A stretch of DNA of 63,940 nt, filler included, from Lenisia limosa (lineage: Eukaryota > Protista > Breviatea), in assembly GCA_001655205.1 (NCBI GenBank). It is 16 parts of 16 records of this genome, joined end to end, with 100 filler letters (N's around TTAATTAATTAA, not from the genome) between each part and the next. Parts side by side here need not be neighbours in the genome. Positions count along the whole stretch, not along the records: positions 53,248 to 57,510 come from LPNZ01010686.1; positions 57,611 to 59,967 come from LPNZ01003248.1; positions 60,068 to 62,681 come from LPNZ01004404.1; positions 62,782 to 63,940 come from LPNZ01000554.1; 12 more parts are not named here. One strand, written 5' to 3'. Shown piece by piece: positions 53,340-63,940 of this stretch. Made by a program: the position numbers and the translations under genes. Every line of letters starts with the position of its first letter. Position 1 is the stretch's first letter. Under the pieces are notes generated by a model that was not told the origin of the DNA, ran no database searches, and worked only from the letters and a program-made list of their open reading frames with translations.

Positions 53340-56300
53340 AAACACTTGCCGGTGGATTCGAATCACGTAAAAGCCGAATTCGTGGAGCCCCTGATCCACC
53401 TCCTGTCCTATCATAACGACCGTAAGTGGTTGAGCGTTTTATCTACTTTATTTCCTGCCATAACAATCGTAACAAGGTGGGATCTTGTTATTTTTCTTTC
53501 CTACCTATCACCCTCGTTAAGGGTCGTACCAGCGACCGAAAAATGTAACACAATATATTCACCCATGGGGCATGGGGGCATGGAGATGTAAATGAGAGTT
53601 CACCTCATGGGGTCATGTGGTCTGAGGCCTGTTCACACTTTTTTTTTTTCATGGGGTCATGGGGTCAGGTCAAAAAACTTGGCTATTTTAAAAAAGTACA
53701 TCTGTATATATATTGGATGACCCCCTAAGTGGTGGAGTATTTTTTTCTACTTTATTTATTTCCTACTAAATATCATATACGATCATGTGGTTGACTTTTT
53801 TTAAACGACTTTGTGAACTGAAATACATACAGTATTGTAAAAAGGTTAAAAGAGATATTTATGTATTATTTGTTTTGAGAGCAAGAACAATGTTGTGCAT
53901 ATATCGATATACCGGTATATAGCTATACATAGAGTATATATCATATAGTACATTAGATACAATCTAAGGTAACGAATAAATACAAAGGGATACACAGTGA
54001 ACAAATTACCAAAGATATTTGCAGTAGTCTCACGAATTAGACATTATTGCCGCGGCCGAGGGGGTAATGCTCAAGTACTCCTTGATCGCTCCGAAGGTTT
54101 GAACTATTTAGACACTAGCATGTTTTTGACGCAAGTATATTTTTGACACAAGTATGTTTTTGACAGAAGCATGTTTTCTGTGGCTACCTTTGTTTTTTCT
54201 TAGCTCAATTCTGTTCTGTGTCGGAGGTGCATTTAGCTCTGTGTTTATTGTCATTCTAGAGGCTTGTAATTGTGTTAGTTTCCCCAAATCACGCACAGCT
54301 AAAACGCTCTGAACATCAGAGGGATTATTTTAACTCTCTGAATATCAATAGGATCCTTTGACCGTTAACTCTCTGCAAAATAACATGTCACCAATTGGGT
54401 TTCACTTCGGTTCGAAAAAAGACTGAATTTCTCGATAAATCCTCGAAAACTACCAATAATTTACCGGTCTTTTTCGAACTGAAGTGAAGCCCTTGTCACC
54501 AACCAGGTTTTTGAAGACGTTATTCTGAAGTATGAGAAGCAGTCAGTTTTGGGGAGGCTATCGAAGAAGATCACGCTCCAGCCAAGGAAAATCCATGCGG
54601 TTCGTGGGAGAGGGGTATTATTTGATATACTATTTATGGATATGTATGAATGGGAAGTTTTGTTTATTGTGTGTGTATCAAACCATGGAAAAATAATGAC
54701 ATATTCATTGAACAAAATACGTACAGTGACCCGGATAGTCTTGACCTGTATTTCCCTTGGAAAATCAGATTGCAAATCGGTCAAGCCTGGTTGGTCACTG
54801 TTGATTTTGTCATTTCACTCCTCAAAACGCTCCTTTTTCTTTCCCCTCTCAAGACTCTCAGATCACGACGGGGTCAGTGATGAAGGAAATCCACGTGGAT
54901 GAAAACGCAATACTGGCCCAAATCGAGTCCGACAAGATCCAGAAAGAAGACGATAAGATCAGGAAAGCTGATGAGGAGAAGCGGCTGAAGGAAATCCAAA
55001 ACGAAAAGGAGAGGCGGGTATGTTGTTGTAAGACTCCGTGATTAATGTGCCAAATTTGAAATGGGACATATAACCAAAACGCCATTTCAGACCTTAATTT
55101 CAAATTTTGTTAAGCATCAAGCCTCTCTTCTATTTAATTAAAAGTAGTAATTATAACCAATATCTAGATAATCGAGAAGAAGGAGAGAGAAGCGTCTCGT
55201 CTCCTCGAAGCCGCTCAAAGGAAGGCTGCCGGAGACTTCGATGAAGTAGAGGAGGAGGAAAAGGAGTGGGTGGGTTTGAATTGGGACTAAAGGAAAAGTT
55301 TGAGGAGAAGAAAAAGTAGGAAAGGGTGGGTGGGCATGCCGGATCTTTAAGATCCTAGTTTCAAGTGAGACTTTTCTGGAAAAAATAATTTTAGTGAGGA
55401 TAATGGATAACCTTGAGTAGTAGAAGAAAGAGGAGTGGGTTTGAAGTGTGATCTAAGAGTAGTTCAACCAATACCACTTTCCCCTTCTTTTTCCTGCAAT
55501 AATAATATCCACACGTTTACGATATTAGACGGCCAGCCTCCCCGCCTCCAGAAGTATCAAAATCCGTTGATGTTGAGGGTTGGCGGGAAGTACCTCATGG
55601 GGTGGGTGGTGAAGGGTGGTGAAGGGTTGGGCGTGTCTGATGCTCTGGTTTTTTTTTTTTTTTTCNNNNNNNNNNNNNNNNNNNNNNNNNNNNNNNNNNN
55701 NNNNNNNNNNNNNNNNNNNNNNNNNNNNNNNNNNNNNNNNNNNNNNNNNNNNNTGAGCACAGAGTTGTAAGGCAACAGATTGGGTGAATTAATATGATAC
55801 TCTAATCCAATATCTCTTATAAGAGTGTTGACGGCTTCGGCCAGATACATCCTTGTTTTATTTCTCATATCTATATTGTTCATATCACTTTTTGGCTCAT
55901 TTTCACACGTGTGCACTATCATTTTCGGTATGGTAATTGACCGACAAATCTCAATAGTGCTCTGATACACTTGGGATGAACCCTCGTGTAATCTTCGTTC
56001 ATCAATTCGACGTGAAAGTCTTTCATATGATCATATCACTAGTGGATACTTTGGCCGCATTCATGTAACTGTCCATCGTCCTCCACCTGTTGTTTTCCTC
56101 ATCTTTATAGAAAACGCGCTGGTTGATTCTGAAGAAGGTACGGGGGGGGGGGGGGNNNNNNNNNNNNNNNNNNNNNNNNNNNNNNNNNNNNNNNNNNNNN
56201 NNNNNNNNNNNNNNNNNNNNNNNNNNNNNNNNNNNNNNNNNNNNNNNNNNNNNNNNNNNNNNNNNNNNNNNNNNNNNNNNNNNNNNNNNNTAGAGCTTTA

Positions 56301-57460
56301 TTTTTTGCTGATAAGGACAAACAGAGTTGATATCAATAAGGCAATTTCTTCACTTTTAATGGGTTAAAAAAGGAAACGACTGTGTAAATATTCTGTCAAC
56401 ATTATAATTGATGATATAAAATTGAAAATTGCGAAATTGTCCAGTAGCATCGTAATTTTTAGGAGAATTTCTCAGTAGTTACATAGTATATTCAGATGAT
56501 TCTCACCACTGCCAACTATCAGACCTACACAATAACACTTCCACAACTCATCGTCCGCACCCACAGATAATGTTGACTACTCCGAAGATTCCGGAACCCC
56601 CACTCCGTCTCCTGAACCAGAACACTACCTTGTAAGAGGGAGAGGGGTTGGGGTGTATATGTGTATAGCAATGAAAAAAAAAAAAGAAGGTTGNNNNNNN
56701 NNNGTCAGAAAAATAGCCGGTACCGTATCGATATCTATCGAGAATTTATCGAGAAATTCATACTTTTTACTCTGGTACGGAAAAAAAGAACAAGACAATA
56801 TATTAAAATATAATCTAGGGAAACATACGAAAAAGCAGTATTCGTAATGTTATGTAGTTTAAAAGATAATCAATTATGAAAAAAAAACAAAAAAATTGAA
56901 AAAACTATTCAAGGGGGGGGGGGGNNNNNNNNNNNNNNNNNNNNNNNNNNNNNNNNNNNNNNNNNNNNNNNNNNNNNNNNNNNNNNNNNNNNNNNNNNNN
57001 NNNNNNNNNNNNNTTATAGTTTTGGGTTAAATGTTATGGTTTAGGTGACAGTTGCTTTTGATAAATTTCATATGGTCCTGTATACATATTAATTGCTCAG
57101 AGTTGTACTGACGTCTGACTTCCTTTTTAGGAAGTCGAGTCGGAGAATGAAGAGGAGGATGAGACGCCTCAATATGTTGAGATTAAAACTCCCAAAGTAT
57201 GGGTGTATTTGTTTTTTGTTCGTTTTTTTTTGTGTCTGTGTGTCTGTACTGATATGGTTATCTGTCCCCTACTTGAGTTTTCTTTTTTTGGAAGAAAACA
57301 GTGCTCTTATAAGTGTGATGGCGTGAACTACTTCTGCCAGATAATAACTTGCTTTATCATTCCTACAAACTCTTTATCTGTTTCACTCAGCAGGAGGAAA
57401 AGCCTAAAACTGTGGGAAGAATCACCCATCGACCTGGTGGAGTGTTTATTGATGGTAGGA
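53340..57460 (+). CDS. Multi-exon charged/coiled-coil protein, partial; possibly more than one gene
   Basis: Exon candidates: VKAEFVEPLIHLLSYHND | IIAAAEGVMLKYSLIAPK | VFEDVILKYEKQSVLGRLSKKITLQPRKIHAV | ITTGSVMKEIHVDENAILAQIESDKIQKEDDKIRKADEEKRLKE | EASRLLEAAQRKAAGDFDE | EVESENEEEDETPQYVEIKTPK. Confidence 0.45.
54395..54494. mobile_element. Family A hAT-type MITE, subfamily A1
   Basis: About 27-bp TIRs GGG(C/T)TTCACTTCGGTTCGAAAAAAGAC / GTCTTTTTCGAACTGAAGTGAAGCCC, with a perfect 8-bp TSD GTCACCAA. Confidence 0.9.
55760..55875 (+). repeat. Family C dispersed repeat (~110 bp), representative copy
   Basis: cagagttgtaaggcaa.gattgggtgaattaatat...tccaatatctc...gacggcttcggccagataca.ccttgttt.atttctcat. 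Other copies or fragments at 1-40(-), 18540, 25690, 27190, 45840(-), 47285, 51100, 56660(-), 59770(-) and 63278. Confidence 0.75.
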
Positions 57461-57776
57461 GTTGTGTCGATGGAAGATTCACCCATCACCCATCGACCTG
57501 CAGAAGCGACNNNNNNNNNNNNNNNNNNNNNNNNNNNNNNNNNNNNNNNNNNNNTTAATTAATTAANNNNNNNNNNNNNNNNNNNNNNNNNNNNNNNNNN
57601 NNNNNNNNNNCCCCCCCCCCCCAACATAAAATATACATGTCTACACATGTCTCTATATAACCTTCAAGCATACAAAATACCTTACCGTACCCCACATACA
57701 ATATATAAAAATAAAAACCTTTAATCCCACACCATCCATCACATATACTATATTAATAACAACCAAGCATACAGGA

Positions 57777-58537
57777 GTGTTCTGCAGAGTGGTCATCCAG
57801 AAGTGGGGGACTCCCTTGGTCTCCTCAGTGGAGCAAGGAAGCTTCTCGTCCTTCTCGTCATCGTCGCTATCAGGGCAAGGAGGCACCTCGGGCTCCACCT
57901 TGCCGGAGATGATATCGGCACGCTAGAGGGGAGTAAAACGAAGGAAATTTCGATNNNNNNNNNNNNNNNNNNNNNNNNNNNNNNNNNNNNNNNNNNNNNN
58001 NNNNNNNNNNNNNNNNNNNNNNNNNNNNNNNNNNNNNNNNNNNNNNAGGGGGTGGGGGGAGAGACAGTGTTTTTAAATTAATAAACAAAAGAGAAACAAA
58101 ACCCTGAGAACACAAAGTATCAAAAGTGGGAGAGATAGTAGGAAGACTGGAGCTAGAGTGGGGTTCGATGAGGAAAATAGCGGCACAAAGGTGTGAAGTG
58201 TAACGAATGGTAGATTGTAACAAATGGTGTTTAGTGGAGGGATCGGGCAGTTGAATAACGTTATTCAAGCCAAAAGAAGATCAAATACACACCTCCTTGA
58301 TGAGAGGCTGAGACTTCTCCCAGGTGTTGAAGCCAACTAAGCGGCCAGCATTGAGCTTCTCATCTTGAAGCTTCTCGATCTCGGCCTGCAAGGTGACAAG
58401 GTTACGCTAAGGGAATTCAGAACCTCAATTTCCATGATCGCACGGAGTCTGGCGCGGATCTTCTTGGGGAAGACCTTAAGAGTCTCATCAATGTTGTCAA
58501 CTGGACAACAATCGAGTCCTTTCCCGCAGCAAGCCAT
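57777..58537 (-). CDS. NAP1: Nucleosome assembly protein (NAP/SET family), 3' partial
   Basis: MACCGKGLDCCPVDNIDETLKVFPKKIRARLRAIMEIE|AEIEKLQDE...WEKSQPLIKE|RADIISGKVEPE...ETKGVPHFWMTTLQNTP. QPL..+R..I+SG..EP and KG+P.FW+T.L.N are NAP-family signatures. Confidence 0.8.
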
Positions 58538-58734
58538 AGTTAGGTTCAAAAATGAAAAATGAAAAACTTAAGAAATGAAGATTGGTACTGTGAATACAGG
58601 CTGTCTACTTTGAGTTTAAAGAGGAAAGGAACAGATACAAATTCTTGATAAAAAGAGTATAAACACTGGTCCTATATTTAAGTTTCAAAATTATGAAAAA
58701 AAAAACACTCACTTTTTGTCCTAGTTTATCTATC

Positions 58735-59098
58735 ATGGCTTTCAGTGCTTCAGCTTTCACCGCTTTCATCCTTTCTGTGCTCCTTTGCCTAGCTGAGCCA
58801 GCTTTCGCTCTCAAGGACGGCTGGGACCTTGGAGACACCCTCTTCCTCATCTTTGCCCTGGTAATTGACAAAATAACGCAATTTTGGTTAATGTTTTCAG
58901 ATTGTTTCTTTTGTTGTCATCTGCGCCTGCCTTGGAAACTGTAGGAGTGGTATATGGTGGTAGATAATTGGATAATGTGCAGATTTGAGGATATTTGTTC
59001 CCTATTTTTTGTCCTCTGGGTGTATCTCTTGGTGGCCTGGTTTACTCGCTTTTTTGTTGGGTTTAACTCGTTCAGACGCTCGCAAGCACCAAAACTAG
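58735..59098 (+). CDS. SMIM30: 62-aa three-exon microprotein, SMIM30 (DUF4730)-like
   Basis: Exons 58735-58860, 58901-58940 and 59076-59098 with canonical GT-AG introns give MAFSASAFTAFILSVLLCLAEPAFALKDGWDLGDTLFLIFALIVSFVVICACLGNYARKHQN*. This is a signal peptide plus one TM segment ending ICACLG-x-YARK. Confidence 0.75.
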
Positions 59099-60229
59099 GC
59101 CTCATACTCAAGCTGCTCACCTTAGCGGATTCCCTGTTTCCCCATGTCCCCCCTCACCCCTTCTTTGTTTTGTACAGCATGATGAAGTTCCTGTCTGACC
59201 AAATCAACCTCGGGTGTCTCGTTTTTGACTGCTATTGTCACTATCCCTACGATCTATTATGACCATAGTATACGCCTATGATATTTCGGGAGCATCATGG
59301 AGTAATGCCCTACACTAAACTTGCTTGGGATTGAGACAGTTTGTTCACTGCTGAATGAGGGATCTTGAATTTTCACCATCGTTTCAACTAGGTTAGAGCT
59401 CTAGAGTTATCTTTTTTTTATATTGTCTTTGCAGGATAAAAGGATATGCTAGTAAATACGTACTCATTTGGCTCCTACACAATTATAGTTTCGTGAAGGT
59501 GTTTTGTAATGGTATTTCCACGATTACTCTCCTATGATGGCTATTTTAAACACTGCGGCCTTAGCTCTTCCCCTTAGCTACAAACTGCACTCTCTGCCAA
59601 TCCTCCCATCAGCAGCAGCCAATATGATAAGAGAGAAGACCCACTTGAATCTAAATAAATAGCCTATTGCTCAAATTCACCCTAAAAAAACAAATCAATT
59701 TATGTTTTCTCCCTGAATAAGTGAGCTTGATGTGTCGTCATATGAGACTCAAGGTCCTATCTTGATTCAATATAATATAGCAATGAGAAAAAAATAATAA
59801 GGTTGAATCTGGTCACAGTCGTCCACACATAAATTTTCAAAACAAAAAAGAGCCCCACTCCCTGGACCCGAATTTCAAATGACGTTTACATCAACTTCCT
59901 GTTCTTAAAGAAGCCCTTGAGGTGGAAGACCTGGAAAACTGCCGACCCTCCGACAACAATGAGCTGANNNNNNNNNNNNNNNNNNNNNNNNNNNNNNNNN
60001 NNNNNNNNNNNTTAATTAATTAANNNNNNNNNNNNNNNNNNNNNNNNNNNNNNNNNNNNNNNNNNNNCCAGGTTAATTCCAAGAGTAACTGGTAGTTGCC
60101 AGGAAACAGGCGTTTTTCGTGGATCAGAAGAACGGATCCGAACTAAAAATTAGGATTCTCTTCTGTGCATAAATTGCCACTCACTGTCACTAACCTGTAC
60201 GACCATTTGCCACCGTCTGACCCCTGCAG

Positions 60230-62359
60230 CAGGACTGTCTGAAAATGCCGATGATCATCATCGTTGACAATGACGGCATTCTGGATTGGACCGATCAGGA
60301 AAGGGAAATTCTAGATGTTAGGGGCTTTCGTAATAGTATTTGGTTACCACATTAGGAAAGTCGGCTTTTATTTTACCACTTTCAGGCTAGTCAACCGTCG
60401 TCGAAACGTCAGCTTATGCGGCTGTTGGAGGCCAATAAAGCCGTGCGGCTGACTTGTCTTGACCAAGCCCCCCAGGATATGCTTGAGTTTCTGATGGAGG
60501 AAAAATGCCTTGGTGGGGTGTGGCATTTTTTGGGTTGCTTCACTTTTTATGGGAGGGAGTCATAAATTTTCCAATTTTCCTCTCCCACCCCCTTTACGTC
60601 AATATTCTTCATCAAAATTTCCTTCGTTTTACTCTCTCCCCCACCCAGCCCCCACAGCAGTTGAACACCCAGTGAGTCAGAACGTGTCAGCTATGAGCCT
60701 CCATGACCTGGCATCCGTTCGCCTTCAGCAGTCAATGAGCATGCTAATCTCGCCCAACCCCTCGAGGCCTGGAACTCCTACCAAAATGCTTGGTAAGAAT
60801 AAGGACGGTTCATTGGTAATTATACGTATGCTAGGGAGGCCCGCAGAGATGTGCGATACAAACAGTGACGCTCCTCACACACATATATCGTACGGCTAGG
60901 GCTTCACTTCGATAAATCCTCGAAAACTATCGATATTATCCGGTCTTTTTGTAACCGATGTGAAGCCCAACTTATGTCCTACACACCCTTCATCTCTCTC
61001 TCTCTCTCTGGTTAGCAACTGTTTGATACTTTGTGTTATCCTAGGACTTTGTTTCTCTCTATTGTCTCTCAATTCAAAAATAGTATTTTACCCACCATCC
61101 CCCCCTCCCAGGCCGGCCTGCGACAGCACGTACCATGCAGGCACGCAAACCCATGACCCCAATGCTTGGGCAGATTCTTGACACCTCCACCCACGCCGCC
61201 GTAATTGCTTCAGTGGCCTCAAGAGATCTTGTTCCGCCCCGCGTGGGTCTTATTGGCAGTTTGGATTTTATCAAGAACAGTGCAATTCATTTAATTTATT
61301 GCACATTGATGCGCTTGGAATGTTTGTATTGCACATTGATGCGCTTGGAATGTTGATGGGAGTGATAAGAGATGCGGAATGTGGTCTTAAGGAAGAAGAT
61401 ATTGTATCATACCTTGTGTTATATAATCATAGATATAAAATAAACAGTCAAAAGAGCAAATAGGACCTCCACCATTTTGAATTGAGTCTGTGGAATTTGG
61501 ATCAGTATTACTTTTTTTGACTTGTTTATCCACACTTGTTTTTTTTTTTTTTTTNNNNNNNNNNNNNNNNNNNNNNNNNNNNNNNNNNNNNNNNNNNNNN
61601 NNNNNNNNNNNNNNNNNNNNNNNNNNNNNNNNNNNNNNNNNNNNNNNNNNNNNNNNNNNNNNNNNNNNNNNNNNNNNNNNNNNNNNNNNNNNNNNNNNNN
61701 NNNNNNNNNNNNNNNNNNNNNNNNNNNNNNNNNNNNNNNNNNNNNNNNNNNNNNNNNNNNNNNNNNNNNCCCTTCAGTTTTGCGACTCATTACTGAGGTA
61801 TTCGGTTTTGGCTGACTCAGGGCTTCACGTCGGATCGAAAGCAGACTACGTATCATAATATACTTAGATGTGTGTATGTAATAGTATCATATAATACTAC
61901 GTAATACCCATACATATTAATCATGTGATGTGTGTTGATTTAGGCTTTTTAGTTTCACAAATTTCCAATTTTACTCCCCAGATTGAGCGACCAGACTTGG
62001 CGGCCGATTCGACCAATATCCGCAAAACAGCCCTGGAACTGACCACCAAGCACAACCACAGGGAAGACCTCGTACTTAATGCTTTAGCAAGGTGGGGGAT
62101 GTCCAATGATCTGGTAATTGGGGGTAGCCTTTGGTAGTATTCATAATATTATTTAAAAAATTATCGTATCATTTTAGTTGATAATCATATATATATTACA
62201 TATGATATATGTATGACATGTAATATATCAATCATATGATATATGATAGTTACAGTTATTTTCTCATTTTATTATTTTAGTGGTGACGTGGACTTGGCAG
62301 AAAACGCAGTTGTAGGAGGCAAAATAGCCTCTACTGCGGCCTCGGTAGCCCAACACCGA
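60230..62359 (+). CDS. Possible divergent dynein heavy chain fragment (AAA5 region)
   Basis: Exon candidates MPMIIIVDNDGILDW, KAVRLTCLDQAPQDMLEFLMEEKCL and VLRLITE|IERPDLAADSTNIRKTALELTTKHNHREDLVLNALA|SGDVDL resemble, in order, the dynein PLxIDPQG..W / LE.A...G / VV..E.P.LE...LED.LL..L...G segments. Similarity is weak. Confidence 0.4.
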
Positions 62360-63059
62360 NNNNNNNNNNNNNNNNNNNNNNNNNNNNNNNNNNNNNNNNN
62401 NNNNNNNNNNNNNNNNNNNNNNNNNNNNNNNNNNNNNNNNNNNNNNGGGAAACACAGTGACCGGGATAAGTCTTGTCTTCCTTGGGAAATCGCGTAGTAA
62501 ATAGGAAGGCATATCCCGGTCACTGTATCTCTCGATAATTTAGCTGTCTTGGAAAGTGAAGAAGCTCTAGCATTTATTATATACGCCAAGCTTCGAAATC
62601 CTTCTCAGAACTCTGGTTGCATATTACATGGCATCTGGATCGGCGAGTAATACCTATTATAATTGAAATACTCACTTGCATNNNNNNNNNNNNNNNNNNN
62701 NNNNNNNNNNNNNNNNNNNNNNNNNTTAATTAATTAANNNNNNNNNNNNNNNNNNNNNNNNNNNNNNNNNNNNNNNNNNNNATAACAACCCATGGGTCTA
62801 ACCTAGTCCCCTGTAAAGTTTGTATACGCCGGCGTTTGAGTAACGTGAGAAATTGGCAGACTGGGGGGGTCTATTCCTATTGGACGAATTGAATGTACTT
62901 GGCCAAGCTCTTCTCGCGCTCTTGAATTAAACCTTCACTTTCGGTTCCCAAAAAGATTAAACTCTTGAAGAGAAATCTGATTTTGTTGGTCATGACACCA
63001 CTGACCCTGCTATCGATTGTTTTTTTCTGCTGGTTGGATGCAAAATAGCATTATTCTGA

Positions 63060-63411
63060 ATTGACATGCTCAGTGGTGACACGTCAGCAATTGCTCCTCC
63101 TCCACGATCGGAGAACCTGGACTACATCCCATGTCCACATTGTGGAAGGAAGTTCAACAAATCCGCTGGTGGGTGTTGGTGCTCAACAGTATCTTTTGGC
63201 GAGGAATGAAGATGGTACTGATTTGCTGTATGATTCCCCAAGCTAAATAGGTCAAGACTTATCCCGGTCACTGTATATAACCAATATCTCTCAATATGCC
63301 TGATGGAGTGGACGGCTTCAGCCAGATACTTAGGTGTAAAGTGACTACTTACGCAATATTCAGGAGAACGACATATCCCGCATTGCGCTAACACCGTTCA
63401 CAAGCCTCACG
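63060..63411 (+). CDS. C2HC zinc-finger protein (zf-C2HC_2, ZC2HC1-like), partial
   Basis: Spliced APPPRSENLDYIPCPHCGRKFNKSA|GERHIPHCANTVHKP (exons end 63168, resume 63364) gives C-x2-C-x11-H-x3-C with the family's DY..CP.CGR.F...A.ERHIP.C pattern. Confidence 0.8.
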
Positions 63412-63940
63412 GTGTGGGAACTGTCAGAAAGTCACAGAAAACAAACCTCAGAAAGTTGGGGGGAGGGGGGTGTGATTGGATCCGTAGTGTTTAATATATA
63501 TTCTAAAGATATATCATAGAAAATAAAAATACAAAATCCATTCCACTAATTGCGCTACTGCTCTAATCATTGAGTCATTCATACATTTAACTAAAGGGTA
63601 CTCTATCAACATAATAAAAACACCCGTATTATAATATGTTATATTTCAGTAATACTCATCTTTCAGACCAGGGGAGCGACCAACATCAGGAGTCCCGGAC
63701 CGAAGTGCTCCTGGCAGCACAACTCCCAAAACAAGTGGGCAGCTAAGAATGAGCTTCACTTATGGTTCAAACTATTGATATGGGAGGTTTTTTGGAGCAT
63801 TGCGTTGTATTTTGGAATCAAGGTGAAGCTCTACTCCTGTTAAAGTCAGAGTCTGATTCTCATCACCATACTCCCCCCCTCCCTTTACGCCAATATTTTT
63901 CATCGTTTCCTTTGTTCCCTGAGTTGATTTGGGCTTTTTT

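Noticed and set aside
58407-58423. A 17-nt intron in the NAP gene (GTTCTGAATTCCCTTAG)
   Set aside because: A 38-nt intron ending at TGCAG keeps the same frame, has a plausible branch point and fits NAP spacing better.

Overview
This is intron-rich genomic DNA from a eukaryotic microbe, not prokaryotic or viral sequence. The window consists of 16 contigs joined by artificial N-TTAATTAATTAA-N linkers, with many internal N gaps that usually sit next to poly-G or poly-C runs. Genes have GT-AG introns and use the standard genetic code. Genes I can recognise after splicing by eye: phosphoglycerate kinase, a Rab5-group GTPase with altered G3/G4 motifs, a NAP-family histone chaperone, a CZIB/DUF866 protein, a ZC2HC1-type zinc finger, a secreted PA14-domain protein, a very large STIG1-like cysteine-repeat protein, a possible divergent dynein heavy chain fragment, and a 62-aa three-exon SMIM30-like microprotein that the ORF track misses. 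There are also several unassigned membrane and low-complexity proteins. Introns and intergenic DNA carry at least six families of short dispersed repeats (A-F, roughly 65 copies or fragments). Family A is a hAT-type MITE with 8-bp target-site duplications and family B is a Tc1/mariner-type MITE. The most unusual signal is family D: its C-tailed end (...TTTTACTCCCC) lies, in one orientation, directly upstream of about a dozen inferred 3' splice sites and could supply both branch point and pyrimidine tract. Many introns also start with GT plus a G-run and end with a C-run plus AG. All gene models and family assignments were made by eye, without database searches.
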